IMG/VR virus record: IMGVR_UViG_3300027798_000070
Location: 1-46,390 of that record
DNA: 46,390 nt
Source: a virus
Lineage: Duplodnaviria; Caudoviricetes
Reading direction: 5' to 3' (one strand)
Shown: piece by piece, positions 1 to 7,045 of the stretch
How the letters are laid out: each line of letters begins with the position of its first letter
Position numbering within the stretch: position 1 is the first letter of the stretch
Notes under the pieces: model-generated
What the model was told of the DNA's origin: nothing
The model's database searches: none
What the model saw: the letters and a program-made list of their open reading frames with translations, nothing else
Position numbers and translations under genes: made by a program

Positions 1-17
1 AAATAATCACGACCATT

Positions 18-143
18 CGCGGCGTTAGCGCTACCACGACTCGAATGGTCGTGATTATTTTATTACTTAAATCACTCTGATTTAGTTAAGCCGATTTACA
101 TACGGAAAGAGTCAGGGATTGGCACATTTGGATATCTAAATAT
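18..143. repeat. 126-bp terminal direct repeat (copy 1)
   Basis: Identical to 46265..46390; likely assembly circularisation overlap. Confidence 0.9.
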
Positions 144-442
144 CTGAATATAAAAACATGTTGACAAACAGGATTGCCACACCCTGTGACAAAATTGCAA
201 CTGATTCGGTATAGCCGTACTTCCCTGATTTTTGCGAACGCAATGCGCGCCCCCGCCCGGTCATGCCGGGTTCATAGGAATCAATATAGGCGATTCGCTG
301 TGCCTTGTCCATAGCAAAACGCAAAACTAGGTCAAAATTTAGAGTCTATATAAGTATGCGAATTTCCGTGTTTTCGGGGTTTACAGGGAAAGCGAATCAG
401 GTCATAAAGATCACAACGAAACGCAGACAAGGAAGCGACACA

Positions 443-535
443 ATGAAACGTACCGGCTTTATCCGCGACATACTGGCAACTGCAATGCTTTGTGCCTCTT
501 GCTATATGGTAATTGTTTCGCTTCTGGCAATGTAA
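443..535 (+). CDS. small hydrophobic early protein (30 aa)
   Basis: ATG at 443 after AAGGAAG; MKRTGFIRDILATAMLCASCYMVIVSLLAM. Confidence 0.55.
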   Translation: MKRTGFIRDILATAMLCASCYMVIVSLLAM

Positions 536-560
536 CACAATCAAAGAAAGGACTCACGCT

Positions 561-2105
561 ATGGAAAACCCGACAAACACGACTCCCGCTGTTTCTTTGT
601 TTAGTGAACACTTGCTTAAATGGGGAGTCTTGTTTGACCCCGTTACCTGTTTCTATGGCATAACAGAACGTCACGAGTCCCGTGCTATTCAACAGTATAT
701 CCGCCACGCATTGAATGATATGCGGAACAATGGGACTTTGCCTTGTTCAGACTTTTATCAATATTACTACCGCCTATTTAATTGCTTTCAACCGGCACAA
801 GCTAAAGACAACCCCATGAATCTGGCGATATACGAGTCCAAGGATAAGTTTGACAGGGATATTAGACTATCTGGCAAGCCGGGTAAGATCATCAAGCGGA
901 TTCTTCCTTTTGCAAGCGAGTCCTTTTGTGCTGCTTTTGCAGAATGGTTTAAGGAACAATTTGCAGAGATTGCTTATGCCGTGAAAGAGTCAACTGAGGC
1001 GGATTGCTTCGCATTGGCCTATAGCGGAACCCAGTCCAGAACCACCAATCCGAATCTGTCGTTTAACAATGATGTAAAGCTCTACGCTAAGAGTCTTTCC
1101 GGCTCATGCATGAGGCATGACAAATCAGAGTTTAGAAGCGGACTCCCAATTCATCCGGCAGAAGTCTATGCAAGCGGGGACTTTAAAATTGTCTATGCGG
1201 TAGACTCCAAGGGTTATATAGCGGCCCGCTGCGTTGTGAACATCAAACAGCGCGACTCCGTGGTCTATCGCCCCGGTCCTATATATACCGCCACGGACTC
1301 CGCTTTTAACGCTGTATCGGCTTACATGGTTGCACAGGGATATGACAAACAAGGGGTATGCGATACAAGCGGCTGGAATGGCGCTAGGATTAAGGCGGTA
1401 GAGTATCAAGGCGGATATATCGCCCCATTCATGGATTTATGCGGTCAAGGTGATTTACTGGACTCTGGTGAGTTTTTCAGACTGTCACGCAATGGCGATT
1501 ACACTTTCAGGGAAACCGGCGGCACAATAGAGTCGGAACAATTTTGTTGCACCTGTGGCGATTGTGGCGAAGGTATCAGGGAAGACGATTCGCAATACTA
1601 TATCGAAGACTCCGGGGAAACAGTGTGCGAGTCCTGCTATTGCGACTCTTACTTCACCTGCAACGGGAATGGGCAAGTTTACAGCAACAGCGACTCTGTT
1701 GAAGTCTATCGGCGGTCATATGGTCAAACCCGTTCTAGTACCTTTTCCCAAGATTATGTAGAGTCCGGTTACTGTGACATTGTCTATTGTGAAAACGAGG
1801 ACGAATATTGGCAAGGTGGAGATACTACCTATATCGAATGTGAATCAATCCATGTTCCTGATCATCTATTGGAATCGGATTATTTCAAGTCTGACCTAGA
1901 CTCGGAATGGTATCCGCTTTGTGACCGCGTAAAGATTGATTGTTTAGACGAGTCATGGACTCTTGACCAAGTAAAGGACTCTGATCAATTCGACATTGAA
2001 GACAATGAAGACGGATCAGTAACTGTTACCCTAAAATGTCACCTTGAAGTCAACGACTCTGGCATCATCGTTGACAATCAAATGACCCTGCCCCTAGCGG
2101 CTTAA
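561..2105 (+). CDS. early protein of unknown function with SCM...HP..VY motif and acidic Cys-rich C-terminus
   Basis: AAAGGA RBS before ATG 561; 514 aa; CxxC pairs (CGDC, CESC) suggest zinc ribbons. Confidence 0.85.
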   Translation: MENPTNTTPAVSLFSEHLLKWGVLFDPVTCFYGITERHESRAIQQYIRHALNDMRNNGTLPCSDFYQYYYRLFNCFQPAQAKDNPMNLAIYESKDKFDRDIRLSGKPGKIIKRILPFASESFCAAFAEWFKEQFAEIAYAVKESTEADCFALAYSGTQSRTTNPNLSFNNDVKLYAKSLSGSCMRHDKSEFRSGLPIHPAEVYASGDFKIVYAVDSKGYIAARCVVNIKQRDSVVYRPGPIYTATDSAFNAVSAYMVAQGYDKQGVCDTSGWNGARIKAVEYQGGYIAPFMDLCGQGDLLDSGEFFRLSRNGDYTFRETGGTIESEQFCCTCGDCGEGIREDDSQYYIEDSGETVCESCYCDSYFTCNGNGQVYSNSDSVEVYRRSYGQTRSSTFSQDYVESGYCDIVYCENEDEYWQGGDTTYIECESIHVPDHLLESDYFKSDLDSEWYPLCDRVKIDCLDESWTLDQVKDSDQFDIEDNEDGSVTVTLKCHLEVNDSGIIVDNQMTLPLAA

Positions 2106-2122
2106 TCTAAGGAAAACCCACT

Positions 2123-2320
2123 ATGCAACTCGCAATTCAGACTTCCCCCGATACACTCACAATTCAGGACAACTCCCGCCCATTGCTTGCCCCTAAGCAT
2201 ATTAAACACGCCACTGGCATTGTCTTTGGGCAATCCTATAGGCGCGTATATCAGGACAGACTCGGCCTATGGTGCAAGCTCAATGGCAAGCGCGTTCCTG
2301 TATACGTCCTGTCTGCCTGA
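2123..2320 (+). CDS. hypothetical early protein
   Basis: TAAGGA RBS; 65 aa; co-oriented with upstream gene. Confidence 0.7.
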   Translation: MQLAIQTSPDTLTIQDNSRPLLAPKHIKHATGIVFGQSYRRVYQDRLGLWCKLNGKRVPVYVLSA

Positions 2321-2323
2321 TCT

Positions 2324-2521
2324 ATGACTCACCTAATCAAGGACTCTGCAATGCCCCGCACGCATGGAAACGACAACGCTACATATCAACTCGCAAAGCA
2401 TGGGGCGTTTAGTATCCAGCCCTTTGGCCCATGCATGACGCTGGATCAAGCTCAGGGATACCAAGCGGATATGGCATTGGCGAATGTACATGTTTTGGTA
2501 GTACGCAAGGGCGCTATCTAA
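2324..2521 (+). CDS. hypothetical early protein
   Basis: 65-aa ORF directly downstream; start could be the ATG at 2351 after AAGGA. Confidence 0.6.
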   Translation: MTHLIKDSAMPRTHGNDNATYQLAKHGAFSIQPFGPCMTLDQAQGYQADMALANVHVLVVRKGAI

Positions 2522-2611
2522 GGGCCGTGCAAGGGCCGAGTCCTATAGGTCTGCCACCTCGGTATGCCTGAACATGGACTCGGCCCCTAGGCGGCTCTCC
2601 TGTGAAGTCTG

Positions 2612-2638
2612 AAGGGGGATTCTTATTGAGTCCCCTTT
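2612..2638 (+). terminator. hairpin, possible terminator of early block
   Basis: AAGGGGGATTC-ttatt-GAGTCCCCTTT 11-bp stem with 2 G-U pairs; poor U tract. Confidence 0.4.
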
Positions 2639-3123
2639 CCCTATTTGTGGCAAGCTCGAAACGAGTTAATCGTTTTTGACCATATGGTTAAAGTTTGACC
2701 ATGCGGTCAATTCTTTGCGTTATGTGATTGTATAACATTTGACGGATTGGCCCATGGGGTAGCCGAATCACCTCTCTGCCTTATCTTTTTGTATGTCAAC
2801 AAGTATCTTTAGATAGAATCATCAAATAGTTAGCGGATACCCCCTGTCAACCCCTTGACAAAACTTTTATGGGACCCTTGGGAATGTGAGGGGTGATTCG
2901 GTGGGGGTGGGGTTGCCCGGTATATCCCCAAGACAATAAAATCAAATAGGGTGCGACAAGTTGTCACAGTAGCGGAACTCTCAATCAGAGCTTCGCATAG
3001 TAAATATACAACAAACCAAAGAATAAGTATTCCTCTATAAGGACTTGCCCATTCTGGGTTACAACAAAAAGATTGATGCACACTCTCTGATAATAATAAA
3101 AAATAAAAATATCACTCTAGTGC

Positions 3124-3179
3124 CCCTTGACAGACCTGTTCACACATCCTATGTAACTATAGGGTTGTGTGCCCCCTGA
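3124..3179 (+). promoter_or_regulatory. sigma70-like promoter / repeated element copy 1
   Basis: TTGACA-N17-TATGTA; 3148..3179 identical to 43709..43740. Confidence 0.65.
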
Positions 3180-3401
3180 GTATATACTCTCTGAGTAAGC
3201 TTCCTGAGTAGTCTATATGATCAATTAACTATATACTGTATAGAGTATATAAGTGTATGTACTCTAGTATGAGTCCTCTAGTATGAGTCCTCTAGTGGCT
3301 TATTATATACTGTAATAAAGAAGTATATAAGTATGAGTCCTCTTGAATCCTCTATCTTAGTAACTATGTCCTTGTTGTAACCTATAAGGATAACTGAGAC
3401 T

Positions 3402-3908
3402 ATGGATGAACAATATAATGGATTCACTTTAGGTGATCTTAAGCTTACATTTAACTATGATCCCATTAGTGGTAGGTTCATCAATAAGAGAACAGGTAAT
3501 CTGGTCTATGACTTCAAGATGAACATCAGGAACCCTGAAGGTAAGTCGGTCACTCTTATGCTTCCACGAGTAGCTGTGTGGCTCGTAGAGGGCCATCCTG
3601 TTGCTGATGGGTATGTGGTTAAGTTCAAAGACACTAACCACTACAACCTAGCCTATGACAACCTTGTGGTAGTGCCTGCTGGGGAAGCCAATAAGCCTAC
3701 AGATAACTCTAAGTTTGTAGAGACTGCAACAAGAGGTGTATTTCACAATCAAGAAACTGGTGTGTTTGTTGTAAGAAGAGGTGCGAAGCAAGCAATTTAT
3801 AGGACTTTGGATTATAAAATTGCTATTGCTGTAAGAAAAGAGTGGGAACTGAATAAATCTGTTCATAGATGGGATAATAGCCTTCCTGACTGGGTTAACT
3901 TTAGCTAA
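3402..3908 (+). CDS. HNH/AP2-like protein with degenerate nuclease motif
   Basis: FNYDPISGRF N-terminus and KFKDTNHYNLAYDNL align by eye to phage HNH-AP2 proteins but lack the catalytic DH. Confidence 0.6.
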   Translation: MDEQYNGFTLGDLKLTFNYDPISGRFINKRTGNLVYDFKMNIRNPEGKSVTLMLPRVAVWLVEGHPVADGYVVKFKDTNHYNLAYDNLVVVPAGEANKPTDNSKFVETATRGVFHNQETGVFVVRRGAKQAIYRTLDYKIAIAVRKEWELNKSVHRWDNSLPDWVNFS

Positions 3909-3917
3909 ACTGTCTAC

Positions 3918-3950
3918 CCCTTGACAAAGCTGTTCACACACACTATGTAC
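3918..3950 (+). promoter_or_regulatory. sigma70-like promoter upstream of tRNA/terS
   Basis: CCCTTGACA..CTGTTCACACA..CTATGTA, near copy of 3124..3155. Confidence 0.55.
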
Positions 3951-4065
3951 TGTTACATAGAAAGCACAACCATCACATTTTCTCACTGTACATGTTGAAT
4001 GTTCTTGTGGATGCCGCTGTGCTTCTTGTTACCTTTCGGTGGAGGTGAACCGAACTTATTTTTAT

Positions 4066-4140
4066 ATGGGTGTGAGAGTGGCCCTCTCCGCTGGCCTCCA
4101 AAACCAAGCTGTGTGGGTTCGATTCCTACCACCTATGCCA
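4066..4140 (+). tRNA. tRNA-Trp(CCA)-like
   Basis: Acceptor ATGGGTG/CACCTAT + G-CCA; D stem AGAG/CTCT; loop CT-CCA-AA; T arm GTGGG-TTCGATT-CCTAC; mismatched anticodon stem. Confidence 0.75.
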
Positions 4141-4141
4141 A

Positions 4142-4283
4142 TTAGACACGGCAGTATAGAGACACGGATGAGCAATGCGATTGCCTTTGGGGCAAGCAAG
4201 CCACATCGAGGTCGGGGGCGTTGACGCCATAACCTTGGAAACCCGGATGCTGAAAAAGGGTGCGCAACCTGTCCCGTGTTTAA
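4142..4283 (+). ncRNA. candidate structured ncRNA after the tRNA
   Basis: Closing stem TTAGACACGG/CCGTGTTTAA with internal hairpins TTGCC/GGCAA and GGCG/CGCC; no convincing ORF. Confidence 0.4.
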
Positions 4284-4363
4284 CTCTTTTAGGACAAACC
4301 ATAGACTGTCTGTGGTAATTCAACACAAGCAAACAAAGCTTGCGCTTTTACACAGGTGATTTC

Positions 4364-4750
4364 ATGGCTGACAAACTTATCCATAATCTCAAGATTGCTA
4401 CCTATATCCGCAAAGCCATCAGGGCTGGTGTGTCGATGAAGGTGATCTTGGATAACATCCAATCGTATGACCATGCACCTTCCTCTATGGCTGGTATGTA
4501 TAGTGCATATCGAAATGACATTGCTCAAGCTAGGGCTGACATTCAAGAAGCTGTTGGTTCTGTTGTTGTACAGAAAGCCTTGGATGGCGACCTTCGTGCA
4601 GCAGAACTATTCTTGCGCTCAAAAGGTGGGTGGTCCCCAACTCAAACTATTGTTGAAGTTGACAATGAAGTTGAAACAGAGCAAACTTCTGCTATTGACG
4701 ACTTGATTGCCCTTCTTGGTGTTAAAGATAAAACCTTAGATAAAGAGTAA
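4364..4750 (+). CDS. terminase small subunit
   Basis: Position before terL; KALDGDLRAAELFLRSKGGW resembles small terminase helical motif; AGGTGA RBS. Confidence 0.75.
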   Translation: MADKLIHNLKIATYIRKAIRAGVSMKVILDNIQSYDHAPSSMAGMYSAYRNDIAQARADIQEAVGSVVVQKALDGDLRAAELFLRSKGGWSPTQTIVEVDNEVETEQTSAIDDLIALLGVKDKTLDKE

Positions 4751-4753
4751 TAA

Positions 4754-5383
4754 ATGAAGCTTTGTTGTTCTTGCAAGGTTCAAAAAGACCTTGAGCACTT
4801 CAGTAAGAACCCTACAACAAAAGATGGGCTGCATACAGCTTGTAAGGTTTGTAAACGAGCTTCAGACAAAACCTACCGAGAGAATAACAAAGAAAAAGTT
4901 GCAGCAGGTAAACAAAAGAGTTACTTGGCAAACAGAGAACACTATGACGCCAAGACAAAAGATTGGGTTAAAAACAACCCTGATCGGCGTAAAGAGATAC
5001 TTAATAACTCTTATTTGAATAACCAAGAAGCTATTCTTGAGAAACAAGCTAGTTATCGTAGTGAGAATAGAGAACTCTGTAATTCAAGGATCAAGAGTTG
5101 GTCCGAGCGTCACCCTGATAAACTTCGTGCAAAAGACGCTAGGAGAAGGGTCGCTACACTAAAAGCACAACCTATTTGGTTGAGTGAAGTTCATAAGCAA
5201 CAGATAGAAGATGTTTATACATTAGCTAGGGACTGTGAGTTGGTTAGTGGTCAGAAGTATCACGTAGACCATGTAGTGCCCCTTCAAGGTAAGACTGTTT
5301 GTGGTCTCCATGTTCCGTGGAACCTAGAAGTTCTGCCCGCTGATATAAATGTAAAAAAGAGTAATAAATTTAATGGCTGGTAA
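4754..5383 (+). CDS. HNH homing endonuclease (paralogue 1)
   Basis: N-terminal CxxC...CxxC; C-terminal YHVDHVVPLQGKTVCGLHVPWNL. Confidence 0.9.
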   Translation: MKLCCSCKVQKDLEHFSKNPTTKDGLHTACKVCKRASDKTYRENNKEKVAAGKQKSYLANREHYDAKTKDWVKNNPDRRKEILNNSYLNNQEAILEKQASYRSENRELCNSRIKSWSERHPDKLRAKDARRRVATLKAQPIWLSEVHKQQIEDVYTLARDCELVSGQKYHVDHVVPLQGKTVCGLHVPWNLEVLPADINVKKSNKFNGW

Positions 5384-6758
5384 AAACGGACTTTCACTAC
5401 ATGCTGATGACCTCCGTGCGATGGGTAAAGATGTAGCGGAAGTCCTACAGCAACTAGACCCCAAGAAGGCGGAAGAGCTTCGCTACAATTATCGCTTTTG
5501 GGCAAGACCTGAACAAGTACCTCCTGAAGAAGGTGAGTGGAACGTTTTTCTTGCTCTTGCTGGTCGTGGTTGGGGCAAGACATGGGCTGGTGCCCAATGG
5601 TGCCGTGAGCAAGTTAAACTTGGTAAACGCCGAGTTATGGCTGTAGCTGCAACAAACGCTGACTTGGAAAGAGTTCTTGTCAAGGGGGAAAGCGGATTTC
5701 TCTCTGTTTGTTGGGCTGGTGATAAAACTTACAAGGGTGTCCATATGGGATATCCTGAGTGGTCCCCAACTAAACGTACTTTAACTTGGGCCAATGGTGC
5801 CACAGTTACTTTTTATAGTTCAGAAGAACCTGACCGTCTGCGAGGTCCTCAAGGAGACGCCGCATGGCTGGATGAGCTTTGTGCTTGGAACAAAGACCGA
5901 GAAACATATGACATGCTGCAATTTTGCTTGAGACTTGGCAAGCATCCTCGTATATTTATCACCACTACACCTAAACCAACAAGACTTCTTCGGGATATCC
6001 TTAAAAACCCTAAAACTTTAACTGTTCGTGGTTCTACCTTCGACAATGCAGCAAATCTAGCCTCAACTTATCTGGAAGCAGTTAAAACACAGTATGAAGG
6101 CACTCGTCTCGGTCGTCAAGAGCTTTACGCAGAAGTTCTCGATGAAGCTGCTGGTGCCTTGTGGAACCGTTCTATCTTAGAAACCTGTGAAGTTGAGATA
6201 GACGACCCTGTTGCTTTCTCTGAAACTCTTGCTCGTGTCGTTGTTGCAGTCGACCCGGCTGTATCAGCTAATGCTGAGAGTGACATGACGGGCATTGTTG
6301 TTGCAGGTATGGACATCAATGGTGTCTGCTATGTCTTGGAAGATGCCACTGAGCGTCTATCTCCCGAAGGTTGGGCCACAAAAGCTGTAAACCTTTTCCA
6401 CAAGTATCACGCTGATCGTTTAGTATATGAACGAAACCAAGGCGGTGATCTTGTAAAATATACCCTCAAGACTGTTGATGAAACTATTCCTCTTAAAGCT
6501 GTACATGCTTCCCGTGGTAAGTTCGCTAGGGCTGAACCCGTAGCGGCACTATATGAGCGTGGTAAGGTTAAACACCTTCGTGGACTTGATGACCTTGAGA
6601 CGCAGATGACGACTTGGGAGCCACTTGGCTCCATTGGATCACCTGACCGTCTAGACGCTATGGTCTGGGCAATCACAGAGTTGGCCCTCAAGGGCATCGC
6701 TAAACCTGAACTTAACTTAGCCTATTCCGATGCGAAAGGCTTGCTAGCTAGGATATAA
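5373..6758 (+). CDS. terL: terminase large subunit
   Basis: Walker A AGRGWGKT, Walker B WLDE, TTTPKP coupling motif, nuclease VAVDPA and DRLDA. Confidence 0.95.
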   Translation: MAGKNGLSLHADDLRAMGKDVAEVLQQLDPKKAEELRYNYRFWARPEQVPPEEGEWNVFLALAGRGWGKTWAGAQWCREQVKLGKRRVMAVAATNADLERVLVKGESGFLSVCWAGDKTYKGVHMGYPEWSPTKRTLTWANGATVTFYSSEEPDRLRGPQGDAAWLDELCAWNKDRETYDMLQFCLRLGKHPRIFITTTPKPTRLLRDILKNPKTLTVRGSTFDNAANLASTYLEAVKTQYEGTRLGRQELYAEVLDEAAGALWNRSILETCEVEIDDPVAFSETLARVVVAVDPAVSANAESDMTGIVVAGMDINGVCYVLEDATERLSPEGWATKAVNLFHKYHADRLVYERNQGGDLVKYTLKTVDETIPLKAVHASRGKFARAEPVAALYERGKVKHLRGLDDLETQMTTWEPLGSIGSPDRLDAMVWAITELALKGIAKPELNLAYSDAKGLLARI

Positions 6759-6761
6759 GAT

Positions 6762-7028
6762 ATGGCTAATTATGTTGACCTCACGACAGGTATGGTCCGT
6801 GACTGGATTCCTGTTACCACGAACAACTCCGCTGACAATATGGGTGCTTCCTCTCAGAACACCGTTATTGGCTTCTACATTACAGTTGGTGGTGCTGTTG
6901 TATTCACAGTTGATGGCACTGACCGTACTGTGACCTTTCCATCCAACTTCTATGTACCTTGCTCCAATGTCACTCGGATTAAAGCTACAGGTACTACCGC
7001 AACGGGCATCCACTCGCTTGTAATCTAA
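6762..7028 (+). CDS. small virion-associated protein
   Basis: 88 aa beta-rich (RIKATGTTATGI) between terL and fibre gene. Confidence 0.7.
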   Translation: MANYVDLTTGMVRDWIPVTTNNSADNMGASSQNTVIGFYITVGGAVVFTVDGTDRTVTFPSNFYVPCSNVTRIKATGTTATGIHSLVI

Positions 7029-7045
7029 GTCTAAGGAACACATTT

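Noticed and set aside
1-60. 19-bp inverted repeat (1..19 vs 42..60) suggesting a hairpin telomere
   Set aside because: The other copy of this sequence (46265 onward) is preceded by different bases, and no protelomerase was recognised; most likely a fold-back read artefact at the contig end
18-143. 126-bp repeat as a biological terminal repeat
   Set aside because: Length is close to a common assembly k-mer overlap; cannot be called a true DTR without reads
61-2710. CtrA or FNR boxes in the early region
   Set aside because: No exact TTAA-N7-TTAA found by eye; the TTGA...TCAA palindromes have N8, not FNR N6 spacing
4066-4140. Suppressor tRNA or alternative genetic code
   Set aside because: Anticodon is CCA, and genes are intact under the standard code with TAA, TGA and TAG all used as stops
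4141-4200. tRNA-associated HDV-like (theta) or hammerhead ribozyme
   Set aside because: No G-start nested pseudoknot at the tRNA 3' end and no CTGATGA...GAAA core
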